In this document: piece after piece, positions 24,600 through 38,565 of the stretch | Layout: every line of letters starts with the position of its first letter | Numbering within the stretch: the first letter of the stretch is position 1 | From: Amoeboaphelidium protococcarum X5 | Lineage: Eukaryota; Fungi; Aphelidiomycota | Reading direction: 5' to 3' | DNA: 64,000 nucleotides | Assembly: GCA_023515725.1 (NCBI GenBank) | Contig: JALDTO010000266.1 | Span: 2,374,217-2,438,216 of the forward strand | Made by a program: the position numbers and the translations under genes | The notes under the pieces: generated by a model | Seen by the model: only the letters and a program-made list of their open reading frames with translations | Told to the model about the DNA's origin: nothing | Databases searched by the model: none

Positions 24600-25600
24600 C
24601 ATGTTGGATCAGAAACTTTGATAGCTCCTACTACGCATCCAACTTGCTTCATGCCACGTTCATTAGTCTTGACCCCCATTCATTTTTCTTTCTCCACGCC
24701 ACCTTACTCATCAGTGAACTTTTGTTTATTTCTTTGCCTTATACCACTTAGACCGTTCCTCGTTCCCATGATTCTCTTTAGACCCTAACGCGGTATCTTG
24801 ACAATTTTCAATAACATGGCTATCATAAGCACATTTGAAACACTTTGCTGGCCCTTTGTACAACTACAAAGCCGAGAATTAACACAAATCGTTCTTACAC
24901 TCCGACCAACATCCGTCGTACCCAAATAACCAGATGGCTTAAAATTGAGTGCGGCAACTTTGACGGCGAGTTTAGCTTCCTTCTTTCACCTGACGGTCTA
25001 CCGTATATTCGAGCATTAATAATCTTTGCAAGCGCGCCAATTCTGTCAATAATGTCAGACAACATTTGTCCATTTGAAGCTATGATCAACAGACAGAATT
25101 TTTCCACCTCTTCTCTATATACATATAAATTGTAGTATCATTCCTTTCGAAGAAAATCAATATTAAGCATATGCGAATGACGGTTTCCAGATGGTGTGAA
25201 TCCAGAATACTCAAAAGCTCCGAACTATACATAAGGCCGACCACTGGCAAAGTGAGTATCATCTAATAGGCCTCACTAAACGAAGGATAATATCGGAATG
25301 AAACGGACAATGCCAACTGCACCATTACTCAATCCAAGAGATACACTTTAATTATCTTACAGCACGGCTTTCGCCCCTATACAAAAATGCAGAACTTTAG
25401 GCAACTCCGGTTCGTCTTTTCTAAAGTCGCATATTCAGCGCTTATAACCATAACATCTTCCTGGATGGTTGTTAACTCTCATGGCCCTCGACGGCACTTG
25501 CTCGAACCACAAAAACTAATCATCTTGGTATAATCTGAAGTAACAGTACCGTAAATTGCTTCTAATCAATCTCTAAAACTAGAAGAAGAGTACCGGTCGC
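24600..25600 (-). pseudogene. Degenerate PIF1-like (SF1B) helicase remnant, possibly from a mobile element
   Basis: 25404-25306 reads 'LPKVLHFCIGAKAVLQDNQSVSLGLSNGAVGIV', matching the PIF1 L-x-L-x-x-GA-x-VML-x-x-N...GL-x-NG-x-x-G-x-V motif. In-frame TGAs lie at about 25436, 25274 and 25139. Boundaries are approximate. Confidence 0.45.
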
Positions 25601-25706
25601 AAAGTCCTCTCTCAACGCGAAGCCAAAACATGATCTTTTAGTGACAAATAGCGACTACCAAGAAAAAGATTCGATAAGGTGAATAGATATTAGCAGTATA
25701 CAGTGA

Positions 25707-27290
25707 ATGAACGCGCAAAAAGGATTCTAACATCTGGGATTTAGGATACATCGAACTCATCCACACTTGATAAAGTCAGCCGAGTTAATAACCACTGGAA
25801 TATCATAGAGAGAGTACAAGTTACGATAACGCGCTCTGTTCAGCCGATTTGGCGTTGGTCAATCGCAATCGGAGAATGCCATTGCACTGCTATTTGGTTA
25901 TAGAACGCGATACACATCTGGGAAGATCTTTTATGAATTCCATCAAGAGTCTAATATCAAGTATCTGAGTGGCGTGGATGAACCAAACGTTATACTGATG
26001 CTCTCCTAGAGTTTAGCGCGCTAAAAGTCAGATGGTCCCGAAATGACTGTATTTTTAGATGATAATAGCAGATATTCTATACGGTGGGATGGTCCTTCAT
26101 TGGGAACGCGCAATGCTATGAACCACTTTGGTGCTGACGTGGCCTATTCCAATTCAGAATTTAAATCTGTTCTCATAGATACCATTTAAAAGATGATAAA
26201 AAGTTCTGATAGTTCTGTGAATCTTTACTCCAACATGTCTCTAATGGCTGGCATATCATAAAACGTATCCAATGACGCATCATAACATCATTATAGTCCC
26301 GTTGCTACAGGTGAATTATACAATGAGCTAGTAAAGCTTAAAGGCCTTCATATACATGACAGCCTTAGATCTCACCTATCTCGGATGAGACTAGTTAAGA
26401 GTTATGCTGAGATTGAGTTGATGTAAAAGTCTGCAGATATTGCTAGCGAAGCATTTATATAAACTATGCGTCGTCTACCTAAGCTTAATTATGAGTATGA
26501 AGTCCAAGCCATATTTGAGTATTACGCCCGTTCTAATGGAGCCAAGTTGGCTTACGTTCCCGTGATTGCTAATAATGTTAACGCTTCAGTTTTGCATTAT
26601 GTGAAGAATGACATGCAACTGGTGGACGGCCTTATACTTATTGATGCCGGCTGTCAGTATGGTGGGTATTGCTCAGATATATCTCGAGCGATTCCACGTG
26701 GAGGCAAGTTTACTCTGGAGGAAGCTGCAGTGTACAGTGCTCTAGAGAAAATTCAGTCATAGTTGATACAGGCTGCAACTTCTACAGGAGGAATGACTCT
26801 GATAGACTTACATTTTATGAGCGTAGATTTAATCAGGAGAAAGATTGTTAATGAAATTTTGTAAGTTAAAAGTGCTGGAGATGCTAATAGACTCGCAAAT
26901 GAAATCTATCCACACGGTGTCGGTCATCATCTGGGACTGGATTTACATGATGTTGGAGACGCGTCAAATGGTGACTTTATTTCACAGGCTGATTATGACT
27001 CGGTGTTGAGAGGCCAGATGTCACTTGAATCAACACCTGCTCATCATTGGAGCCGCAATAAGCTAGTCGATGGAATGTGTATCACTGTAGAGCCGGGAGT
27101 GTACTTGCCGCATCCAGACTCGGCCATAGTTGATGATCAACCTGAATGGTATCAGCTAATTCCCGAAAAGTACCGAGGAATCAATATCAGAGTTGAAGAT
27201 GATATTGTAATTTAAGGCAAATAACCCATAGTATTGACATCCAAGGTACCCAAAACTTTAAGTGATATTGAACGCGTTATGAATTCATGA
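25707..27290 (+). CDS. Xaa-Pro aminopeptidase, ICP55/XPNPEP3-like (M24B)
   Basis: 'THPHLIKSAEL', 'LIDAGCQYGGYCSDISR', 'PHGVGHHLGLDLHD', 'ITVEPGVY' and 'IRVEDD'. Ends TGA TGA. Confidence 0.9.
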
Positions 27291-27568
27291 TGAGTAAAAC
27301 ATCTAAGTCACTGCTTTTCATACCTGGCTCTTTGTAAATATTAGAATTTTAAGAATTAAATTGCAAATGTATAGAGAATCAGTTAATTTTAACATATATA
27401 AAAGTTGAATCATTGTATTATAGCAGAGCAGTCAACTATTTCGCGAATAGATCAAGCAAGATTAATAAACCAAATCATCATCCTAATGCAGAGTAAACAA
27501 ACGATTTACCATTGCACTTTTCAATAATAAAGATATCAGGAAGCGATTAAGGATCCGGAGGGAAATCC

Positions 27569-28594
27569 TCAGACATATTGCTTAAATAAATCGGTCAGTC
27601 CCTTTACCTACCAATTGGTCTTTTTGAACAACGAGCTGAAGTTTTTTGCCAAAGCGTTGCGTGTGTAATTCATCTTATCAAACTTCTACGTACCAGCAAC
27701 AGAAGGCTCACCTGATATCAGAAAAACAAGGGTCGGATACAAAGAAGTAGTTGGCCGCCCCTGCTGGTCTCGCAACTGCTCACAAATCGCAAAGTCCTCG
27801 CTTTGGTAGATTAGAGCTTGCCGAAGGCGCGTTTTACGGAAACCAAAGACAGGAATGAAACGCAGCCATGACGGCACAAATGACGCCCGCCTAAACGTCT
27901 CATTGACGCGAAACATCATGACGCCGCACAGCCTTAATGAACCGCCGAATTTCATCCTTAAAGGCCATCGTAAGTAGCGTTACGGATTGGGACTGACACC
28001 ATTCAACTGTCCGTTTCTCCGAATTTCTTCCCATAACATCTTCATACCTTCGGCGAGGGAAACTGATTTCACGGTGCCATTGGCATGGATTTCCATGCCG
28101 AGCACATCATCGTCGACAAAGCACATGGCTGAAACACTTGCTTAAATTCGAAATTTATCAATCAAATCTTCCAACGCATGCATCATAAATTTCAAGTGCT
28201 GTCTCGCCAACGGCGCCCCGTCTGTGCACTGGTCGACTACAACGGCAGTGAACTGATCAAACAGATGCTAGTAAGCACCGATCTGACTCCTGCGGATGTG
28301 CAAAATGGGTACAAAAATATCACTCTGGATCTCTTTCAAATGGTTAAATGTCCGCGACCACGGCCGTGTTGAAGGCACACCGACAAAAATCACATCTTTC
28401 ATACTTCTCACGATTTGAAACAAGCGCGGACCTAAAGGACGCGGGATTCTTAAAACAGTCCCTTTAACACTTGGTTCTACGTAAATTAGATTGCCCGGAC
28501 GTTTTTCCCACCTCACCCAGTAGGGCCACTGATAGTAACATTGATGTTCAGTTATTATCGCTTTTTGTCGATTGTTTTCTCGACGCTTATTCAT
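27569..28594 (-). CDS. GT-A fold glycosyltransferase (341 aa), candidate GREB1/TET-associated (TAGT/JGT-like) family
   Basis: Track ORFs 28268-28594 and 27686-27955 are one intronless frame under table 6. Motif order: 'IFVGVPSTR', 'GAPLARQHL', 'CFVDDDV' (DDD at 28114-28106), 'SEDFAIC', 'PSVAG'. Confidence 0.6.
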
Positions 28595-29209
28595 TAATTT
28601 GCCACTCGCGGAATAAAATAGATGTCATTGTAATCGAAAGTTGTTAGCCAACATCAACATTGATTCCAGCTAATCAGCATCGTCCATCTTTGCGTTTTAA
28701 TCTCTGAAACAACCAATCACGATTCCCTTCGACTCACAAAGATTTCCACTGAGAATATCTGCAGCAAAACAAGAAGACACCGCACGAGGCCGGCCGAACG
28801 CGACTAGTCACACAGGGTTTAATTGTTATATAAATACTTTATTGGTAAATCCATACTTTTTTGGCTGCAGATTTACAATGGAGAATCTGCCTTGTATCAA
28901 CTCAAATTATTGTAGAGCCATGTCATTGCTTTAAGTTAGTTACCTTACCGCGAACGATTCATCGACGCTAGACGACGAATCATCCTAAAACGCGCGTCGC
29001 TTCCCCATTCATTCTCGATTCGAGTAAATTGTCTTCTCCTCACATTGTCATTGTCGTCACGTTCAAAGCTGGTTGGTTCTCTTGTTAGCAACTGACTCAC
29101 TAATTGACAGTTTTGTACATCTTTGTGTCGACATTAAAGTGATTATCAACTTATCTTTATCAGAGCTCTTCTGCCCGATAATTGCAAGTTACTTACTTAT
29201 TACTAAAGT

Positions 29210-31984
29210 ATGCCTGATAGTAGTTAAAGATAAGCATCCGCTGTAACTAGCATTAGTGGAGATAAGAGAGTTCTGATTGCGTCCCTTTATCTGCCAGTGA
29301 CTGTAGAGTTGGTGATACCTCAGTCTTCGCCCAAGAGAAGATTGAAGAATGCCCCGGGATCGCTGTAGAATCATCATCATCACTACTAGCATCACCATCA
29401 TCATAGTAGTTCTAACTCTACATCGCCAGTACACAAACAGCAGTAGCAGCATGGCTCTGGTGGTCTATTCAGAATATAGACTGACTCGATGGAAGCGACT
29501 GGTCCTCCATCTAGATATCACTATAGAACTGATTCAGATGTTAGTCGAATGCCATTCCAGGTCAAGACTCCTCTGTCGCCAACTTTGTCTTCCCTGTAAG
29601 AACTACCACCTATGCAGTATGATATTGTTCCGTCTCATATGGGAAACATTGGTCTGCACAATGCGATTAGATCATCCAAGTTGGAGAACAGAATGTATAT
29701 TGGTGTGTTATCTGATTTGCCCCAGTAGGATAAGTTTAGTCAGGAGTTTGTGCATTAGCTCACCACCGACCTGTCAAAGTAGAAGTGCCGGCCTGTCATT
29801 ATGTCTGACGAGGAACTGCATGGCCATTACAATAGTTTTTGTAAGGAGATACTGTGGCCTACTATGCATTACATTCAGCAGGCGGAGAGATTTGAGAATG
29901 ACAATGCATGGGCAATGTACGTGGCTGTGAATTAGAGATTTGCAGATGCTATCGTAGAGGAGTACAAGCAGGGTGACGTGATTTGGATTCATGACTATCA
30001 CTTGATGTTGGTGCCCATGTTTGTGCGTATCAAGATTCCGTCTGCTATTATTGGGCTCTTCTTGCATATCCCATTCCCATCCAGTGAGGTGTTTAGATGT
30101 CTTCATGTTCGCAGACAGTTGTTGGAAGGTGTTTTGGGAGCTGACTTGTTGGGCTTTCAGACTGAGCTATATGTAAGACACTTTTTGCAGACAGCCTCAA
30201 GAATTCTGTAATGTGAGAGCACTCCCAAAGGTATTTTACTCGACAATAAAGTAGTCGCAGTTGGTGTTTATCCCATTGGAGTGGATATAATAAATTTGAA
30301 TTTGAAGAGGTAATCTGAAGATGTCTAGTAGATGATCGAGATGTTGAAGGATAAGTATCATGACAAGAAGTTGATTGTGGGTCGTGATAAGTTGGATCCG
30401 ATCAAGGGAGTCAAGTAGAAGTTGTAGGCATTCGAGATGTTTCTTCATATGTATCCAGAGTGGGTCGGTAAAGTGATTTTAGTTCAGGTGGCGGTATCGA
30501 CTACGGAACATATAGAGTTACATCGCTAGATATCCGATCTTGTCACCAGAATAAATGCCAAGTATGGCACTATTGAGTACACGCCCGTTGTGTACTTGAT
30601 CCAAGACATTTCATTCTCGCACTACCTGGCTCTACTGACTATTGCTGATGCTTGTCTGATCACCTCCGTGCGTGATGGAATGAATTTGACCAGTCATGAG
30701 TATATTGTGTGCTAGGAGAGTAATCATAATCCACTGATCATCAGTGAATTCACCGGTACTTGCGGTATATTGAATGCTGCTTTGCGTATTAATCCATGGG
30801 ATTTGAAGCAGGTTGCACAAGCTATTAACACTGCTCTCAATATGCCTCAGAAGGAGAGAGATTCCACTCACAAGGAGTTGTATGAACACGTGTCTCAGAA
30901 TACTGGTGCCTTCTGGGCGTAGTCTTCTGTCGACGATCTGGTCAGAGTGTCTGTAGATATGTAACGTAGATTTAGTGTTAATATTCCTCACTTGACTGTG
31001 CCTATCTTGAAGCGAACCTTTGAATTGAAGTCTCCAGCTGGCGGACATTACTAGCAGCAATCGTAGCAGTAGAAGAGAATCATTCTCTTAAACTATGACG
31101 GCGTTCTGGTGCCATATGAAAAGGATCTAAATGTAGTACCGCAGCAAAGTGGTCAGATGATTAAGCATTTGTAGAAGCTGTGCGATGACAAGAGAAATTT
31201 GGTTTACATTCTAAGTGGTCGGTAGATGCAGGATCTGGATGCTCGTTTATCGCACGTACAAGGTATAGGATTATGTGCAGAGAATGGAGCATTTGTCAAA
31301 CATCCAGGTCAGAATAAGTAGCAGTGGACATCTGTGGAGAATTATAAGACCGTTAATGATTCGACGTCAATGTCTTGTGCATCATAGAGTGGCCACGACC
31401 AATAGTGGAAGTAGCAGGTGGTGGAATCTTTAGAATACTACACTGAGCGTACTCCCGGGTCATTCATTGAGGTGAAAGAAACTGCCGTGGTGTGGCATTA
31501 TCGCAATACTGATCCTGTGTTTGGTTCATGGTAAGCTAAAGAGTTACAGAATCATATCCGTGACTCTATCGAGAATGTCTATCCTATTCATGCTGTCAGT
31601 GATAGAAAGGTGATTGAGGTGCGTCCAAAGAGTATCAACAAGATCAATGTAGTTCAATAGATACTTGCTTAGAATCCGCAAGCCTCTTCTGTCATTTGTA
31701 TTGGCGATGATCGTGCGGATGAAGATGTCTTCGAATGGCTCAATGATTTATCATAGCTGGATACTAATTAAGCTGCTATGAATGTTTTATCAAAGGATAT
31801 GAATGCTTCTTAGCTAGTACAGGATTAGGAGTAAGTGAACACGCAGGTAGTTGGCAGTGATGGTCAGATTGCTGTCAAGAATACCATCACTTGCTGTGTT
31901 GGATTCAAAAGTTCTCATGCAAAATACTACCTTACAGGTGTTTATGAAGTTTTAATGGCATTGCAAGAACTTGGTACCCTCTGA
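29210..31984 (+). CDS. Trehalose-6-phosphate synthase/phosphatase complex subunit (GT20 plus HAD domain), TPS2/TPS3-TSL1-like
   Basis: 'RVLIASLYLP', 'WIHDYHLMLVP', 'FLHIPFPSSE', 'RDGMNL', 'SEFTG', 'ERTPGSFIE' and 'IGDDRADED'. HAD motif I reads NYDGVL. Confidence 0.92.
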
Positions 31985-32149
31985 TTAATAATTAGTAGAG
32001 TTAATATGAATTTGAACAGGATATTCTGTGAAAAATCAATTCAATATATTATTAATACTGTATTAATAGTAACTATGCACTTTTGAATTAAGAACTTAGA
32101 AGATTCCACAAATTCTTATAAATCCTCCGAGGATGCCAAGAGAGGTAAT

Positions 32150-33117
<968 letters not shown>

Positions 33118-33423
33118 ACTAATTCACAATATGCTATGATAAATGCTCGACTTTACAGTTAAATATGACAACTTAAAAGATTCAGGTAAAATGGTTACTG
33201 TAAAAAGCGTTTGAGGAAAAGTCACGAAAGCGCGCGAAATCGTTTGGCAGAAAGGCGCGGAGAAGAGAGAAAACACCGCGGCGGTTGACGCGCGTTATCA
33301 TCGAGATCGAGATATACAGTGTACTGTTAGCATGAAACAATGATTAAGGTAGTGACTTTTTCGATCTGCTCCCAGCTATATATAAATAATTATTGTATTC
33401 AATTGCTGTAATATTTACAATTA

Positions 33424-35856
33424 TCATGCATCATGAAGAACTCTATCACTCCTTTCATCATTATTGAGTGTGTAAAACAGGAGGTATGCAGAATTTTATC
33501 GCTTCTGATCAAGCTGTTGGAGGGTTCCAACTTCTGAAACTGTCTCATCATTGTGACACTGCCAGTCTCCGGATTTGGATTTGCAGTCACAAATGTAATG
33601 TCCAAATGATGGAGTAAGTCCAAGGTGGCTGATAGCAGACACCAGCTTGTACTCTGAAGACACTCCTCTTTATGGTGGATTATCTAGCCTTTAGATATTC
33701 TCTTTCTCATCATCATCATTGGTAAACTTAATAGGAATTTCTTACAGTGACGACTCTCTCTGATTAGCGTAAGTAGCTTAATGGCTGTGATTACGAACTT
33801 TATCGGAGCAAAATGACTATAGACTGACTGATTCTTGTGAAAGGGACACTTTGGTTTGCAACTTGATCAAGCGCATGGACTGCAAGTCTAATGCGAACCG
33901 TTTCAACTGAATTATGAGGACTTGAGGTAACTTTTATACTTATAGCTCAACTTCTGCTTCCTTGCATGTACATTTCTCGCATTTATACTCGAGTTATTGT
34001 TTTTAAAAGTAGGACTAGATGAGAGAGTCCAATTCCAGTGGCTTATCATTGTTCTAACCGTCGTTGACTCCAATTTCCAGACTCAAATCTCGGCATTTGT
34101 CAATAGTCACTGAATGACTTTCACACTCTTTGCACCGAAGAGTCTTCTTGATTTCTAATTCAAATGCATTTTCAATCATGCCGGCGGGCAATGGTTTCCC
34201 CATTTCCTTAGAATATTTGCCAAGCTCAGACTCTAAAGTGCCCAATAGAGATCGAATGAATTCATCAGCATCCTGCTACTCAGAAGTGCCATACTTTGAA
34301 TCCACTAGACCCATACTTTACTTTAACCGAGACGCATCAATGCAATGCCCTTACACTTGCTTTTGATCAAACAGACTGAGCAGCTCGGAGAGAATAGGAT
34401 ACTTAGATTAGAGATTTGAATCCGACTAGTTTATTTGACATTTTCGTAATTTATCCATAAAGCAGCGTAGATTGAAAAGAGCTTATAATGATGCATTCAT
34501 ATAGCACGAATTGCCAAGATTTTTAAAGCCTTCCTGTTTAGAAGTTTTACTATTAGCAGACATAAAGCTATGAGAAGAGGTACTATATTTGGAAGGTGCT
34601 TCGTATTGGTAAGATCTCAAAACGGACCTTTCAGCCAGGAGATCAACGCCGCTATAAAGATCGTCAGAATTCAAGTTAGCTCCAAAGTTCGATTCTTTAA
34701 GAGAAAATCCATTATATGAACTAGGATTATGCAAAGGAGCCTTACTAAGTTGCAGACTACTCCTGGCCATCGACAGACTTCTCTTGATAGGCTTAGTATA
34801 AAATTTACCAGAAGTAGGACGAGTCGATAAACTAAAAGCCTTGTGTGACCATCGATTTTTATTATCTGGTAATAGAGACAATGGAGACAGTATTCCAGGA
34901 GATGCAATATGCTAACTTGCCTACTAACCATAGAATTTATCAGCACTACTGGTCTTGATAGCAGATGATAGAACACTTGTCAAAGGCCGAGAGTCTTTAC
35001 TCTTATCAATAGAGTGCATTTTAGACGCTACTTGATCTATCCAGTCTACATTATGTATTGGAGTGGAGGCAACGTAAGACTTTTTAGGGCTGTCGTTGAA
35101 CTCTAAGAAATCATTCTTTTAAATCACTTTAGCGGCAGGTTTGAGACGAGGAGTTTAAAGTGTAGCAGGTGCTGCCTTATTGAAACCACCTGAGACAGGA
35201 TTACTTTAAAATGAGGAGCCATCACCGTCAGTAGTCAAATGCACGCCCAATTATTGGCGTTGCTTCTTCTAAATTTTGCTGTATTATCCAAAGATAGCTG
35301 CTTATCTTTTATTCTAAACTTCAGCCTACTTCACAGCACTCAAAACATCATCATCAGCAGCAGAGGTTGCAACTATCGCTTTATGGCCATCATCCTGGCA
35401 ATGGGCGGATGAGAGTTCGATGCCTTTATCACAATACAATGGAATAGATTAAAGATCCACTGTTTTACCACTTATTGACTTAAATAGAGCAACGATTTCT
35501 CTTTATTCCACTGAAGAGCATGCGGTCATTTCAATATTAATCTGCAGTCCATGTACTATTTGAAGGGTGACTTTCTTAAACTATGTAGACCAGTACACGC
35601 CACGCAACTTGTCAGACAATTCAAACCACTGATACTCTTAGCAAGGACTCTTATCTAGAACCAGTAATACACAAGCTCTATCTACACAATATAAAGACGA
35701 ATTGGCTCATACGAGAACGTTAACTGTACAGTAAAAGCAATGATATGACCTACCATTTTTCCTTATCAAACACTAAATATCCTCACACTTGAATTACTCG
35801 ATGCTATCTTAGATAACTTGGACCGTAGCATTGAAATTGAACGACGTATCGGTCAT
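33424..35856 (-). CDS. Ubiquitin-specific protease (C19), USP37/26/29-like architecture; intron 35682-35753
   Basis: Cys box 'GFKNLGNSCYMNASLQ' (Q=TAA), 'QQDADEF', 'IIQLKRF' and His box 'HLGLTPSFGHY...HNDETV...AYLLFY'. The subfamily call is tentative. Confidence 0.88.
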
Positions 35857-35938
35857 CACACAGGTCAAAAGATGTCAATACTCCGTCAGTAATATATAAA
35901 TGCCAACGAGATTAAATAAGAAAAGAGTTGAATTTGAA

Positions 35939-36101
35939 ACGCGTCCTTCTGAAACAGAAAGTTGTTCAGCGGAAGTTTCCCTAATGGGACAGCCATTCAC
36001 TGGTCGATGTCGATCACTCGCAGTGGTTGTGTGCGATAGAGAAAGAGGCAACATTCGAGTCTGAAACAAAAGGCGACGCGTTTTAACACAATTTGACGCG
36101 T
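35939..36101. promoter_or_regulatory. Three ACGCGT (MCB-like) sites in the divergent USP/MRD1 promoter
   Basis: ACGCGT at 35939-35944, 36076-36081 and 36096-36101; the last two share the context GACGCGTTTT. Confidence 0.45.
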
Positions 36102-36166
36102 TTTCATCTTGAAATTGGTGAATTGATATTCTAAAAACTAGTAGAACAGACTTTTGGTGTTAAAAG

Positions 36167-38565
36167 ATGAGCTCTAGATTAATTGTAAAGAATCTACCGC
36201 CTTATTTTACTCAGAATGATCTCAAGAAGCATTTTGCGTCTTTCAGCAGTGTCACTGATGCCAAATTGATGACAACAAAGTAAGATTAAAAGTTTGAGGT
36301 TAAGTATGATTATTGATTGTCTGAAAATGTAGATCTGGATAAAGCCGTCAATTTGGATTTATTGGATATGCTTCGCATTAGGAAGCCATTCAAGCAGCTA
36401 GACACTTTAACAAGACTTTTATTGACACTCATCGTTTGGTGGTTGAGGAGGCAAAGGCTATTGGGAGTGATTAGTTACCACGCGCCTGGAGTAAATACAG
36501 TCAAGGAAGTAGTGAATATGAAAAGATTCACGGTAAACAGCAATAGGGTGATGCGCTGATCATAAATGACGCTAATTAGAATACAGCTGCTAATGATGAT
36601 TAGTTGGGGTAGGATGGCAATGGTGAGCCTCAGAATATTGATGACATGATCAATGCTGATCCGAAATTACGCGAGTTCTTGCAAGTCATGAAGCCAAGAT
36701 CTTAAAAGAAGATTTGGGAAAATGATGATATTGAAGTATTGCAGAATGGAAGTGTTATGGCTCCTGTTGATAAGTCCAAGATTGGTGGAGTTGGTGCTGT
36801 TTAGGGTCCTTTAGTTAAAGGTGGTGACGATGAAGATGATTATGAAGACTTGCCTCAGCAGACTTCAAAAGATAAGGTGGATTCTAACGATGAAGTTGAT
36901 GGAGAACGGCCTAAGGATGACGCTAATACTCAACGTAGCTAGAATGAAGAGACTACTAAAGCTGCTAATATTGCAGATAGCGGGAGATTGTTTGTAAGAA
37001 ATCTATGCTATACCTGCACTGAGAGTGATTTGACCGGACATTTCGCACGATTCGGTCCTATTTCGGAAGTCGTGTTTCCGCTAACTAAGGAGAGTAAACA
37101 GTCGAAAGGCTTTGCGTATGTCACATACCTTATTCCAGAAAATGCTGTCAGTGCGTATAGCGAGTTGGATGGAACTGACTTTCAAGGAAGATTGCTTCAC
37201 GTTCTACCTGCTGCTGATAAGCCATCTAGTTACTCGAATAGCCATAAGTCTGATGCAGCCAACGGGTTCAAAGCTAAAAAGAGTGATAGTTTGAGAAAAT
37301 CGGCCGCTAATGACACTAATAGTTGGAATTCTTTGTTCATGAATCAGGATGCTGTTAACGAGTACATGGCTCAGAAGATGAACATTTCCAAAGGAGAATT
37401 CCTTACTGCAGACTCTGACAACCTTGCCGTGAGATAAGCTTTGGCTGAGACACATGTCATTCAAGAGACTGTGAAATTCTTTAAAGATTATGGTGTGGAT
37501 GTCGATCAATTCAAATCAATATCCAGTGCATTATCAAAAAGAAGTGACTCTGTGATCATGTGCAAAAATTTGCCGTATTCCACCTCAGAGACGGAGTTGC
37601 GTGCTATCTTTGAGCGATACGGGGAACTATTGAGATTCATAATACCTCCTACTAAATCTATGGCGTTGATAGAATTCTCTTCGCCTTCTGAAGCTAAACA
37701 GGCTTTCAAATCATGTGCGTACCGTAATTTTCATGGAGTGCCGTTGCTGTTGGAATACGCACCAGTCAAGATATTCAGCGGTCCTGCTTCTTAAGCTTAA
37801 AGTTCACATGAGCGGGATGTTGAGTAGTCTGCTGAGAATCAAGATGAATTATTAACCAGCACGGTATATGTCAAGAATCTGAGTTTCCAAACCACAGAGA
37901 AGAAGCTGATGTCTGTATTTGCTCATATAGATGGCTTCCGCAGTGTCAAGATCTCAACTAAACGCGATAAAGCCGGGAAGTAATAATCAATGGGATTTGG
38001 ATTTGTTGAATTTCAGACTAAAGAGGGAGCCAAGAGAGCTATCAGTGAACTGTAGAATGTAATGTTGGATGGTCACGCTCTACAGCTAAAATTTTCTGAT
38101 CATAGCTCTAGCAAATCCAAGACTGTGAGCGCACGCAAAGTCAGCGAGTTAATGGATCCTGAAAATGCTGTTGGAACTAAATTGCTCGTAAGAAATGTGC
38201 CTTTTGAGGCTACCAAGAGGGACTTGATGGAGCTCTTTGGAACTTTTGCCCAGTTGAAGAGCATTAAAGTACCAAAGAAATTTGACGGCTCTGGTCATCG
38301 TGGGTTTGCTTTTGTGAATTTTCTCACTAAGTAAGAGGCTGCTAATGCTATGGAAAGTTTGTCCAGTACCCATCTGTATGGTAGAAAGCTTGTGATTGAA
38401 TGGGCCAAGGAAGAGGACTCTGTTGATGCTCTAATGCAAAAGACCAAGAGATCGTATGAGTTGGCCAATGCTGCCTAAGACCTTCATCACAAGAAATCGC
38501 GCGTTACTCTTGGATCTGAATAGTAGTTGGCGGATTCTTATTCCGATTCTGATCTCGAAGAATGA
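36167..38565 (+). CDS. MRD1: Multiple-RRM ribosome biogenesis factor Mrd1/RBM19; intron 36280-36332
   Basis: 'MSSRLIVKNLP', 'SRQFGFIGY', 'WNSLFMN', 'LALAETHVI'-like 'QALAETHVIQE', 'KLLVRNVPFEAT' and 'STHLYGRKLVIEWA'. Confidence 0.95.

Noticed and set aside
27500-28900. Terminal inverted repeats or target-site duplication around the glycosyltransferase gene
   Set aside because: None found by eye, so a mobile element is not called.
29349-29930. 193-aa plus-strand ORF
   Set aside because: Out-of-frame overlap with the TPS/TPP gene.
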